Program-made: the position numbers and the translations under genes
NCBI RefSeq assembly: GCF_004010195.1
Contig: NC_057754.1
Location: forward strand, 12,755,332-12,819,331
Origin: Chiloscyllium plagiosum
Lineage: Eukaryota
DNA: 64,000 nucleotides
Reading direction: 5' to 3'
Notes under the pieces: model-generated
Told to the model about the DNA's origin: nothing
Database searches by the model: none
The model's input: only the letters and a program-made list of their open reading frames with translations
Shown: piece by piece, positions 1 through 11,468 of the stretch
How positions within the stretch are numbered: position 1 is the stretch's first letter
Layout: the number at the start of each line of letters is the position of its first letter

Positions 1-105
1 ATCTATCCTCCCTTCTTTCTAGCTATTCCATCTGTCGTTCTACCTTTCTATCCTTCCCTCATTCATTCCTTCATTCCTTTCCTTGCGTTTTTGCCTCCGT
101 CCTTC

Positions 106-3100
106 AAAGAACAAGAAACTTACAGCCCAGGAGCAGGCCTTTCGGCCATCCGTACCTGAGCCGATCCAAGTGTACTGTCTAAACCTGTCGGTCCATTCCT
201 ATGCATCTGTACCCCTCTATTCCACACTTACTCATGCACACGCATCTTAAATGAATCTACTGTGCCTACCTCTGCCACCTCTGCTGGCAACGCGTTCCAA
301 ACGCCCGCCACTCTGTGTGAAGTACTTGCCGCGTGCATCCCCCTTAAACTGTCCACCTCTCGCCTTGAAAGTGTGGCCTCTCATTATTGAATCCTTCACC
401 CTGGGGAAAAAGCTTATCTCTATCCACCCTTTCTTTTCCCTTCATGATTTTGTAAACCTCAATCAGGTTTCCCCATAATCTCCTTTTTTCTAATGAAAAT
501 AAACCTAACCTACTCAACCTTTCTTCATAGTTAGCAGCTTCCATACCAGGCAACATCCTCGTAAACATTCTCTGACCCTCTCCAAAGTGTCCACATACTT
601 TTGGTAATGTGGTGACCAGAACTGTACTCGGAATTCAAAATGTGACCAAACCAATGTCTTGCACAATGTTAACATGTCTTGCCAACTGTTATGCTTAATA
701 GCCTGTCCAATGAAGGCAAGCATACGATATGCCGCCTTGACCATTCTATCCACCTATGTGGCAACCTTTAGGGTACAATGGACCTGCTCTCCCAGATCTC
801 TCTGCCCATCGACTTTTCCCAAGGCTTTTCCATTCATTTTATAGTTCGCTCTAGCATTAGTCTCACCTCACATTTGTCTGGATTGAAAACCATTGGCCAC
901 TTTTCCTCCCAACTCTCCAGTCTATCTATATCCTCCTGTATTCTCTGATAGTACCCTATGCTTTCTGCTACTCCACCAATCTTCGTGTGGAGTAGCAGAA
1001 AGCATCATACTAGCAATGCCCTCTTCCAGATCATTTATATATATATTACAAACAGCAGTGGCCCCAACACTGACCCCTGGTCACCTTTCTCCATTTTGAG
1101 AAACTCCCTTCAACTACTCTGTCTCCTATTGCTCAACCAGTTTTTTATCCGCCTAGCTAGAACACCCTGCACACTATATAACTTCACTTTGGATGGGTAT
1201 ATGAATAGGAAGGATTTGGAGGGATATGGGCTGGGTGCTGGCAGGTGGGACTAGATTGGGTTGGGATATCTGGTCGGCGTGGATGGGTTGGACTGAAGGG
1301 TCTGTTTCCATGCTGTACATTTCTATGACTATGACTCTATGGGGTACCATATCAAACGCCTTACTAAAGTCCATGTATATGACATCAACAGCCCTTCCTT
1401 CATCTATGAACTTGATCACTTCCTCGAAGAACTCTATTAAGTTGGTAAGGCACGATCTCCCCTGCACAAAACCATGTTGCCTATCACTGATAAGCTCATC
1501 CTTTTCTAAATATACATAGATTCTATCCCTCAGTACCCTCTCTGGCAACTTCCCCACTACCGACGTCAGGCTCACTGGTTTGTGGTTAGCCGGAATATCT
1601 CTACTACCCTTCTTGTACAGGGAGACAACATGAGCAACCCTCCAGTCCTCTGGCACCTCACCTGTATTTAAGGATGCCACAAAGATAGCTGTTAGGGCCC
1701 CAGCTATTTCCTCTTTCACCTCTCTCAGCAACCTGGGATTGATCCTATCCGGTCCTGGGGATTTGTCCACCTGAATAACCTATAGCCTACCCAACACATC
1801 TTCCCTACTTATGTCAACGTGATCCAGACTAATCAAAATTCTATCTGTAATCTCAACATTCATCATGTTCCTCACCTCAGTGAACACTGATACAAACTAA
1901 TCATTCAGAATCTCATTCATTCTCCCAGGTTCAACACACCGCCTTCTGCCATTATCCTTTAGTGGACCAATCCTTTCTCTAGTTACCCGCTTGCTGCTTA
2001 TATAAGAATAAAATGCTTTGGGATTCTCCTTAATTCTGCTCGCTAAAGCTATTTCATGACCCCTTTTAGTCCGCTTGATTCCTCGTTTACGTCTGCTTTA
2101 CTTTTCCTCTGGGCTAGTCGTACAATTTCTCCTGTCATTCACGGTTCATGAACCTTGCCCTTCCTATCCTTTGCCTTCAACAGGACCTGCCAATTCTGCA
2201 CTATATTAACCTATCTTTGAAAGCCTCCCACATCTCAAATTGTAATTCCCTTCAAATAGCGGTGTCCAATCCACATTTCTGAGCTCCTGCCTAATTTTGA
2301 TATAATTGGCTTTTGCCCAGTTTAGTACTCTTCCCTTAGGACCACACTCTTCTTTATCTATGAGTATTCTAAAACTTACAGAATTGTGGTCACTGTTCCC
2401 AAAGAAACCCCTCATCGCAACTTCTACCACATGTCCTGGCCTGTTCCCCAGTACCAGGTCCAATATGGCCTTTTCCTTCGTCAGGCTATTGGCATACTGC
2501 TCTAGAAAACTCTCCTGGACGCTTCTTACAAATTCTCCCCCATCCAGACCTCTGACATTAAGTGTATCCCAGTCAATGTTTGGAATATTTAAATCTCCCA
2601 TCACCACTACCCTATTGCCTCTACATCTTTCCATAATCTGTTTGCCTATTTGTTCTTCTACTTCATGCTCACTGGGAGGCCTGCAATACAGCCCTAACAG
2701 TGTGACTGCACCTTTCTTATTTCTAAGCTCCACCTATAAAGCCTCACTACCCAAGACCTTCATAGTGTGCTCCTTTAGCACAACCGTGACATCGTCCTTA
2801 ACCAGCAATGCAACTCCATCCCCCTTTTACCTCCCTCCCTATCCTGTCTGAAGCGTCTATATCCTGGAACATTTAATTGCCAATCATCATGCCCTTCGTT
2901 CAACCAAGTCTCTGTGTTGGCAATAACATCATACTCCAAGCCGTAAGTTTACCTGCCTTACACACTATACTCCTTGCATTAAAGTAGATGCATTTCATGA
3001 CACCAGTTTTTTTCGCTCATCAGCTCTCTGCCTACTCTTCCCTTTATTACTGCTATCTTCATAGTTCGAGCAGTCTCCAATCTCCACCTCACTGCTTATT

Positions 3101-3125
3101 TGTTTTCTTTTCTCTTTTACCCAGC
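106..3125 (-). mobile_element. CR1-clade (HER1-like) LINE, decayed, 5'-truncated with internal deletions (APE endonuclease, RT, 3' end)
   Basis: Minus ORFs 2206-2733 (GLYCRPP, VVMGDLN, LDLVL, SDHNSV = APE), 1174-1770 (KSPGPD, QHGFVQGRSCLTNL, DFSKAFD = RT) and 344-753 (QFWSPHY, YEERLSRLGLFSLEKRR = ORF2 C-terminus). Flanked on both sides by TTCC-rich simple sequence. Confidence 0.95.
1186..1340 (+). mobile_element. Short CR1/HER1 3'-tail fragment nested in opposite orientation in the LINE above
   Basis: ggatgggtatatgaataggaaggatttggagggatatggg...gtctgtttccatgctgtac...ctatgactatgactctatg; the same tail occurs at 21590-21742 and 49700-49850. Confidence 0.85.
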
Positions 3126-3347
3126 CCCCTTCCTTTCTTTCTTTAATTCCTCCTTTTAATCTTTCATTCCTTCAATCCTTCCCTCTTTCATTTCATCCTT
3201 CCTTCATTCCTCCATTTATGTAATCCATCATTACTTCATTCCTTCATTTTTTTCTTCATTCCTCCATTTCCGCCTTCATTCCTTCTTTCCTTGCATCATT
3301 TCTTCATTACTTCAGTCCTTCCATTTTTTTATTTCTTACTTGCATTC
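3126..3347. repeat. Degenerate TTCC/TTCA simple repeat (left flank of array)
   Basis: Pyrimidine-rich tetramer-based sequence seen directly. Confidence 0.85.
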
Positions 3348-6300
3348 TTCGTTCCTTCGTTCGTTCCTTCGTTCGTTCCTTCGTTCGTTCCTTCGTTCGT
3401 TCCTTCGTTCGTTCCTTCGTTCGTTCCTTCGTTCGTTCCTTCGTTCGTTCCTTCGTTCGTTCCTTCGTTCGTTCCTTCGTTCGTTCCTTCGTTCGTTCCT
3501 TCGTTCGTTCCTTCGTTCGTTCCTTCGTTCGTTCCTTCGTTCGTTCCTTCGTTCGTTCCTTCGTTCGTTCCTTCGTTCGTTCCTTCGTTCGTTCCTTCGT
3601 TCGTTCCTTCGTTCGTTCCTTCGTTCGTTCCTTCGTTCGTTCCTTCGTTCGTTCCTTCGTTCGTTCCTTCGTTCGTTCCTTCGTTCGTTCCTTCGTTCGT
3701 TCCTTCGTTCGTTCCTTCGTTCGTTCCTTCGTTCGTTCCTTCGTTCGTTCCTTCGTTCGTTCCTTCGTTCGTTCCTTCGTTCGTTCCTTCGTTCGTTCCT
3801 TCGTTCGTTCCTTCGTTCGTTCCTTCGTTCGTTCCTTCGTTCGTTCCTTCGTTCGTTCCTTCGTTCGTTCCTTCGTTCGTTCCTTCGTTCGTTCCTTCGT
3901 TCGTTCCTTCGTTCGTTCCTTCGTTCGTTCCTTCGTTCGTTCCTTCGTTCGTTCCTTCGTTCGTTCCTTCGTTCGTTCCTTCGTTCGTTCCTTCGTTCGT
4001 TCCTTCGTTCGTTCCTTCGTTCGTTCCTTCGTTCGTTCCTTCGTTCGTTCCTTCGTTCGTTCCTTCGTTCGTTCCTTCGTTCGTTCCTTCGTTCGTTCCT
4101 TCGTTCGTTCCTTCGTTCGTTCCTTCGTTCGTTCCTTCGTTCGTTCCTTCGTTCGTTCCTTCGTTCGTTCCTTCGTTCGTTCCTTCGTTCGTTCCTTCGT
4201 TCGTTCCTTCGTTCGTTCCTTCGTTCGTTCCTTCGTTCGTTCCTTCGTTCGTTCCTTCGTTCGTTCCTTCGTTCGTTCCTTCGTTCGTTCCTTCGTTCGT
4301 TCCTTCGTTCGTTCCTTCGTTCGTTCCTTCGTTCGTTCCTTCGTTCGTTCCTTCGTTCGTTCCTTCGTTCGTTCCTTCGTTCGTTCCTTCGTTCGTTCCT
4401 TCGTTCGTTCCTTCGTTCGTTCCTTCGTTCGTTCCTTCGTTCGTTCCTTCGTTCGTTCCTTCGTTCGTTCCTTCGTTCGTTCCTTCGTTCGTTCCTTCGT
4501 TCGTTCCTTCGTTCGTTCCTTCGTTCGTTCCTTCGTTCGTTCCTTCGTTCGTTCCTTCGTTCGTTCCTTCGTTCGTTCCTTCGTTCGTTCCTTCGTTCGT
4601 TCCTTCGTTCGTTCCTTCGTTCGTTCCTTCGTTCGTTCCTTCGTTCGTTCCTTCGTTCGTTCCTTCGTTCGTTCCTTCGTTCGTTCCTTCGTTCGTTCCT
4701 TCGTTCGTTCCTTCGTTCGTTCCTTCGTTCGTTCCTTCGTTCGTTCCTTCGTTCGTTCCTTCGTTCGTTCCTTCGTTCGTTCCTTCGTTCGTTCCTTCGT
4801 TCGTTCCTTCGTTCGTTCCTTCGTTCGTTCCTTCGTTCGTTCCTTCGTTCGTTCCTTCGTTCGTTCCTTCGTTCGTTCCTTCGTTCGTTCCTTCGTTCGT
4901 TCCTTCGTTCGTTCCTTCGTTCGTTCCTTCGTTCGTTCCTTCGTTCGTTCCTTCGTTCGTTCCTTCGTTCGTTCCTTCGTTCGTTCCTTCGTTCGTTCCT
5001 TCGTTCGTTCCTTCGTTCGTTCCTTCGTTCGTTCCTTCGTTCGTTCCTTCGTTCGTTCCTTCGTTCGTTCCTTCGTTCGTTCCTTCGTTCGTTCCTTCGT
5101 TCGTTCCTTCGTTCGTTCCTTCGTTCGTTCCTTCGTTCGTTCCTTCGTTCGTTCCTTCGTTCGTTCCTTCGTTCGTTCCTTCGTTCGTTCCTTCGTTCGT
5201 TCCTTCGTTCGTTCCTTCGTTCGTTCCTTCGTTCGTTCCTTCGTTCGTTCCTTCGTTCGTTCCTTCGTTCGTTCCTTCGTTCGTTCCTTCGTTCGTTCCT
5301 TCGTTCGTTCCTTCGTTCGTTCCTTCGTTCGTTCCTTCGTTCGTTCCTTCGTTCGTTCCTTCGTTCGTTCCTTCGTTCGTTCCTTCGTTCGTTCCTTCGT
5401 TCGTTCCTTCGTTCGTTCCTTCGTTCGTTCCTTCGTTCGTTCCTTCGTTCGTTCCTTCGTTCGTTCCTTCGTTCGTTCCTTCGTTCGTTCCTTCGTTCGT
5501 TCCTTCGTTCGTTCCTTCGTTCGTTCCTTCGTTCGTTCCTTCGTTCGTTCCTTCGTTCGTTCCTTCGTTCGTTCCTTCGTTCGTTCCTTCGTTCGTTCCT
5601 TCGTTCGTTCCTTCGTTCGTTCCTTCGTTCGTTCCTTCGTTCGTTCCTTCGTTCGTTCCTTCGTTCGTTCCTTCGTTCGTTCCTTCGTTCGTTCCTTCGT
5701 TCGTTCCTTCGTTCGTTCCTTCGTTCGTTCCTTCGTTCGTTCCTTCGTTCGTTCCTTCGTTCGTTCCTTCGTTCGTTCCTTCGTTCGTTCCTTCGTTCGT
5801 TCCTTCGTTCGTTCCTTCGTTCGTTCCTTCGTTCGTTCCTTCGTTCGTTCCTTCGTTCGTTCCTTCGTTCGTTCCTTCGTTCGTTCCTTCGTTCGTTCCT
5901 TCGTTCGTTCCTTCGTTCGTTCCTTCGTTCGTTCCTTCGTTCGTTCCTTCGTTCGTTCCTTCGTTCGTTCCTTCGTTCGTTCCTTCGTTCGTTCCTTCGT
6001 TCGTTCCTTCGTTCGTTCCTTCGTTCGTTCCTTCGTTCGTTCCTTCGTTCGTTCCTTCGTTCGTTCCTTCGTTCGTTCCTTCGTTCGTTCCTTCGTTCGT
6101 TCCTTCGTTCGTTCCTTCGTTCGTTCCTTCGTTCGTTCCTTCGTTCGTTCCTTCGTTCGTTCCTTCGTTCGTTCCTTCGTTCGTTCCTTCGTTCGTTCCT
6201 TCGTTCGTTCCTTCGTTCGTTCCTTCGTTCGTTCCTTCGTTCGTTCCTTCGTTCGTTCCTTCGTTCGTTCCTTCGTTCGTTCCTTCGTTCGTTCCTTCGT

Positions 6301-6922
6301 TCGTTCCTTCGTTCGTTCCTTCGTTCGTTCCTTCGTTCGTTCCTTCGTTCGTTCCTTCGTTCGTTCCTTCGTTCGTTCCTTCGTTCGTTCCTTCGTTCGT
6401 TCCTTCGTTCGTTCCTTCGTTCGTTCCTTCGTTCGTTCCTTCGTTCGTTCCTTCGTTCGTTCCTTCGTTCGTTCCTTCGTTCGTTCCTTCGTTCGTTCCT
6501 TCGTTCGTTCCTTCGTTCGTTCCTTCGTTCGTTCCTTCGTTCGTTCCTTCGTTCGTTCCTTCGTTCGTTCCTTCGTTCGTTCCTTCGTTCGTTCCTTCGT
6601 TCGTTCCTTCGTTCGTTCCTTCGTTCGTTCCTTCGTTCGTTCCTTCGTTCGTTCCTTCGTTCGTTCCTTCGTTCGTTCCTTCGTTCGTTCCTTCGTTCGT
6701 TCCTTCGTTCGTTCCTTCGTTCGTTCCTTCGTTCGTTCCTTCGTTCGTTCCTTCGTTCGTTCCTTCGTTCGTTCCTTCGTTCGTTCCTTCGTTCGTTCCT
6801 TCGTTCGTTCCTTCGTTCGTTCCTTCGTTCGTTCCTTCGTTCGTTCCTTCGTTCGTTCCTTCGTTCGTTCCTTCGTTCGTTCCTTCGTTCGTTCCTTCGT
6901 TCGTTCCTTCGTTCGTTCCTTC
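3348..6922. repeat. Perfect 12-bp tandem array (TTCGTTCGTTCC)n, ~3575 bp, ~298 units
   Basis: Every 60-nt line from 3361 to 6900 is identical. Confidence 0.99.
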
Positions 6923-7585
6923 TAATTCATTCCTATCTTCCTCCCTTCCTTCCAGCATTCCTTCCTTCATTCCATGTTTTCTTCCTTCCTTCGTTAATTC
7001 CTTAATGCCTTCTTGATTCCTTCCTTCCTTTATTTATTTATTTATTTATTCCTTCCTTCCTTCCTTCCTTCCTTCCTTCCTTCCTTCCTTCATTTTTCAC
7101 TTCCTTCCTTCATTCATTCCTTTCTTCCTTCCTTCCTTCCTTCCATCCTTCCATCCTTCCCTCATTCAATCCTTCATTCCTTGGATTCTTCCTTCCATCC
7201 TTCCTTTCGTTCTTCATTCTTTCAATGCTTCATTTCGTCCTTCATTCTTCTTTCCTTGGATTCTTCCTTCCATCCTTCCTTTCGTTCTTCATTCTTTCAA
7301 TGCTTCATTTCGTCTTTCATTCCTTCTTTCCTCCTTCATTCCCTTCCATCCTTCCATCCTTCCCTCATTCAATCCTTCATTCCTTGGATTCTTCCTTCCA
7401 TCCTTCCTTTCGTTCTTCATTCTTTCAATGCTTCATTTCGTCCTTCATTCCTTCTTTCCTTCCTTCATTCCTTCTATGTTTCCCCCCGCTTTCATTTATT
7501 CCTTCGTTCATTCCTTGTTTCTTTCCTTTAAATCCGCCATTCATTCACTTCTTCATTCCTTTCTCTATTACGTCTTTCCTTTCAT
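6923..7585. repeat. Degenerate TTCC/TTCA repeat with internal ~70-105 bp higher-order duplications
   Basis: The block ttccttggattcttccttccatccttcctttcgttcttcattctttcaatgcttcatttcgtc occurs three times (~7177, ~7252, ~7380). Confidence 0.9.
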
Positions 7586-7970
7586 TAACTACGACCAGTG
7601 ATTGTTCTAGCCTCAGGCTCAGGAAGATGACAGAGAGTGATGATGAGCGAAAATAGACGTTTTTACCAGATACCAGTTTCTGTGGTGTTTATATTGTTCA
7701 GCTCATTTGAGTTTTGCCTTATTTTGGAGTTTGACATTGTCTGCTCTGTACGAAAGGTAATTAATATCTATCCAGAAGAGAGGTGCTTCTAATACTGCCT
7801 CATGGGGACAGTATTGCGTGGTGTCTTCGAATGTGGAAAATAATTCCCTCTCAATCAATGTTCGATCTCTGCTGTCATGGGTTTTTGTTCCATCGGCTTA
7901 GAATCTTCGTAGAATTTGATTCAACACAGCTCATCACTGTGTAATTCTTCATTTGTGTTCAGATCGTGTG

Positions 7971-8047
7971 AGCAGTGTATCACAGTGGCAGTGCGCTGGG
8001 CCTATAACCCAGAAGTCAGACCAAACTCTAGGAACCATACTCTGCTG
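7971..8047 (+). pseudogene. tRNA-iMet pseudogene (anticodon CAT changed to TAT, T-arm disrupted)
   Basis: agcagtgtatcacagtggcagtgcgctgggcctataacccagaagtc...aaccatactctgct is colinear with vertebrate initiator tRNA AGCAGAGTGGCGCAGCGGAAGCGTGCTGGGCCCATAACCCAGAGGTCGATGGATCGAAACCATCCTCTGCTA (recalled sequence). Acceptor ends AGCAG/CTGCT are retained. Confidence 0.8.
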
Positions 8048-8477
8048 TTTATCGTTTCACTGACACCAGGGAGAATTGTTTGTTTACCTAGAGCAATTTA
8101 CTCAAGCGTTTTAAGAAGCAACATAGCCCATCTCAATTGTTTTCCATTATCAGTAACTGAATCAATCTCTCAAATTGTTTTTTTTTTATTTATTAACACA
8201 CGGGACAAGGTTGTAGTTGCTTAAAACATACACTAGTCGCGACTGCGCACCCTCACACCTCCCTTTACCCCAAAGAGATATCAAGGCGGTGTCCTGAATT
8301 TTTTTTTTCTATTCCTTATCACTCTGGGATCATTTGGATGGTAACATCTATTCTTTGGGCTGGGACCTGCAATGTGTTTGAGCAAAAGGAATCTCTGCAG
8401 TACTACCCCACGCTGAATCAGATAGCAGCAACCCCCCTGTGACATCGCGAAGGTCACATACACTGTTCTCCATTTCA

Positions 8478-8668
8478 GGGAGAGTGCTGCTGCTTCAGAG
8501 TCCCGGAGAGCCTGTTTGATTCCAGCCTCGGGCGACTGGCGGTTGGTGAATTATTCAGGAAAAAATGTAGAATGGAAGGGGGATGTGTCTGGAGAGTTCG
8601 TCTTCGGAGGGTTGGTATAGATTTGTTGCATTAAATGGCCTGTTTCCCTCTGTAGGGATTCTATGATC
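8478..8668 (+). mobile_element. Degenerate HE1-like SINE
   Basis: gctgctgcttcagag...gattccagcctcgggcgactg head remnant and ggcctgtttccctctgtagggattctatga tail, resembling the copies at 31388 and 55133. Confidence 0.65.
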
Positions 8669-9349
8669 TCTTGGTGTGTTACTTTAGCACATGTTAAGAG
8701 AGGGAAAAAAGTGAGAAAAACCGTCACACTCCCCTCAGCGACTGGACTCGTTTTTGCCACATCCAAACCGTTCACTATGACTGAAATAGCTACACCTTCC
8801 CTCCTCGGTAATGAGATTGTACAGCATTACAGCGCATTTTCATGTCTTGACTTCGACACAGCATCCTTTCTCCAGACGCAATTTAATGGGATGTAAATAA
8901 ATAATAAGAAAGAACATGGAGGGCACGTACTGGAAATATCACGATGTTAGGTAAGAACAACATGGTTTACTTGGATACGAGGAAACATTGGGAAGGAAGC
9001 AAAGAGGTTGACTGAGAGATAAAGCCATTAGAAAGTTCAAGGCGGTGTTTAATTGGTTTTGGGACAGATGAATAGTTCACGTGGGGAGAAAACATGGAAG
9101 ACTGAGTTATGTCCAAATGGTGGTTTTCCAGATGATGTGAATTTGGTGAGTAAATAGGAGGAAATTCTCGCATTCAGCTGATCTTGAACTAGAGTTCAGT
9201 GCTTCAAAATCAGCGGTGAATGACGAAGAAACATTTGGAGCACTTTTTTTTTCATTCTGACAGTTATTGAAATCGGGAATGATTTTTCAGAAAAAATCGT
9301 TGCAGAAGCTGATTCCAGAATATTTGAAAAGAAGCGTGCAGATAATAGG

Positions 9350-11468
9350 GACAGGAAGTGTGGGAAAAACCTGGGCAGGCAGAGAGTCAGAGTTTAGTAC
9401 TGAAAGGCTAAGGGACCTGCAAAGAAAGATCAGTCAATAAAAGATATATGTATAACTAATGGATCCATACTCTGAAAAGAAGGCAGAGAATATGCCATAG
9501 TTTTATTAACTGAAAGATAGAATCATCAGACGGAAATAAAGACCACAGCAGGATATTGAAGAGGAGAAAAGGGCCAACGTGCAGTAGGTTGTGTTGTCAG
9601 TAGTATACAGACAGGAAGTCTTACGGGTAGCACATGAACTACCTGTAGGAGATCACCTCGTGGTACGAAAGAACGAGTCTATGGTACAGAAAACATTTTT
9701 ATTGGTCTGGAATGTACAAGGCTATACGTGTCATACATGCGAAATGGTAGGTAACCCACGGGTGTTAATAACCCAGCACCTTTGCCAATTTCAACATTTG
9801 ACGAATCTTTCACACACAGTATAATTGATTGTGCAGGTCCCCTCCCGAGAACTAAATGTGCAAACTAGTACTCGTTAACCAAAGTGGATGTGTTCACCAG
9901 ATTTCCTGGAGTATTGAGGCAAGAAGTGTAATCGAGGAATTAGTAGATTTCTTCACACGATATGGGTAACCCAGAACGATTCAGCCAGACCAAGGGTCAA
10001 CGTTTACTGCTAGACTGTTAAAGCAGATTGTGGATAGCTTAAGTGTACAGCAATTCAAATCCAGTGCTATTATGCTGAATCCCAGGGAGATTCGAAAGGT
10101 GGCATCCGACATTGAAGACCATGTTGACAGCATACTATCAGGATTACCAGAATGATTGGGATAAAGGTATCCCATTCGTAATGTTTGCCATTGGAGATGC
10201 AAAATGAGTCTACTATTTTTTTTTGAGTTAATATTCAATCATGAAGTGAGAAGTCCTTTGAATTTAATTAAAGAAAGATTGATGAGACCAAAGTCAGAGA
10301 TCTCACATTTAGAATTAGTATCGGAGGTGAGGGAGAGATTAAATCAAGCAGGTGAGTTAGCTAAACAGCACCTAAAGAGAGCACATTGCTTAATGAAACT
10401 TGTGGCAGATAAAAGCTCGGAGATTCAGAAATATTCTCGAGGGGATAACATGTTAGTACTGTTATCAATGATAGGAGATCCCTTCAAAGCCACTTTTGAG
10501 AAAAAAGTTGAGTCAGGCGAATTATCTAGTAAAGATGCCAGATAAACAAAAATGATATCGGGTATGCCATGTGAACATGTTGAAACCATATTATACTGGA
10601 GAGAATGAATTTTCGACACAGGTGTTAGTTACTGTGCCACAGTAACCAGTGAGGAATCAAATCCAGAGGATGTGGATTTTGAGGTGCCTCAAAATATATT
10701 AAAAAATGAAAAAGTCCTTGAAGAGAGCACAGTTGAAAGTTTGTTACTGCAGTACAAGGACATATGTAAGAATCAGATGGGGAGGACTAATACTATTGTA
10801 CATGAAGTAGATGTAGGGTATACTGCTCTGATAAAACGAAACCTCGATCAGCTTAATCCTTCTTTACCAGGCAGCTCCAGATGGAGGTGAAGGCCATTCT
10901 CGATTAGGACATCAGTGAACCACGCCAGAGTGAGTGGAGTTCGCCGATCAGCTTACTTCCCAAAAAGACAGGACACAACAATTCTGCACGAATTATTGGA
11001 AAGTCAACGTCATTAAAACATTGGACTCATATCTAATTCCTCGACTGGAGGACTGTATCGAGAAAGTCAGACAAGCCAATTACATCACCAAGTTGGACTT
11101 CATGCTTCGTTGCTGGCAATTATCTTTATTAGAGATGGCAAAAGAAATTTATGTGTCTGATGCCCTTTGGAATGAAGACCGCACCTGCCGCATTCCAAAG
11201 ACTCATGAACCGAGTTGTGGCTGTGTTTACAAACCGTGCAGTCTATTTGGACCATGTAGTGATCTTTAATCAGTCCTGGAAAGATTACATGGTAGAGTTG
11301 GCAGAGAGTTTAGATGAGATTTGCCTTTATTTATATATATAAATGGGAAGAGGTTAAGGTGAACTTATACTAAGGTTATCTGTATGTTAAAGTAACGTGT
11401 TTAAAATATAAAGAAAACACTGAAGCCATCTTTTCCTTATGATGGTCCATCATTACCTTCGGGGGAGG
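9350..11468 (+). mobile_element. Ty3/Gypsy LTR retrotransposon internal remnant, Gmr1-type domain order (integrase then RT), frameshifted, RNase H not seen
   Basis: ~9590 YRQEVLRVAHELPVGDHL (IN zinc-binding region); ~9820 IIDCAGPLPRTK and DVFTRFP; ~9985 DQGSTFT (IN core); ~10220 ELIFNHEVRSPL. Then RT ~10770-11290: GRTNTIVHEVDVG, DSYLIPRLEDCIEKV, MPFGMKTAPAAFQRLMN, YLDHVVIF. Polypurine tract gggggagg at 11461-11468. Confidence 0.9.

Noticed and set aside
2306..2851. Antisense ORFs over LINE ORF2 (also 26968-27402, 44065-44650 and others)
   Set aside because: Shadow frames of CR1 coding sequence.
3348..6922. CRISPR-like or telomeric array
   Set aside because: No spacers, a eukaryotic context, and the unit is not TTAGGG.
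3291..7016. Three >1200-aa ORFs (SFVP, RSFL and GTNE repeats)
   Set aside because: A stop-free 12-bp tandem unit is open in these frames by construction; there is no codon variation or gene context.
7880..7987. V(D)J RSS-like pattern: GGTTTTTGT (7880), CACTGTG (7935), CACAGTG (7981)
   Set aside because: The spacer is 46 bp, not 12 or 23. The second heptamer has no nonamer and lies inside the tRNA-iMet relic. No V or J segments are nearby.
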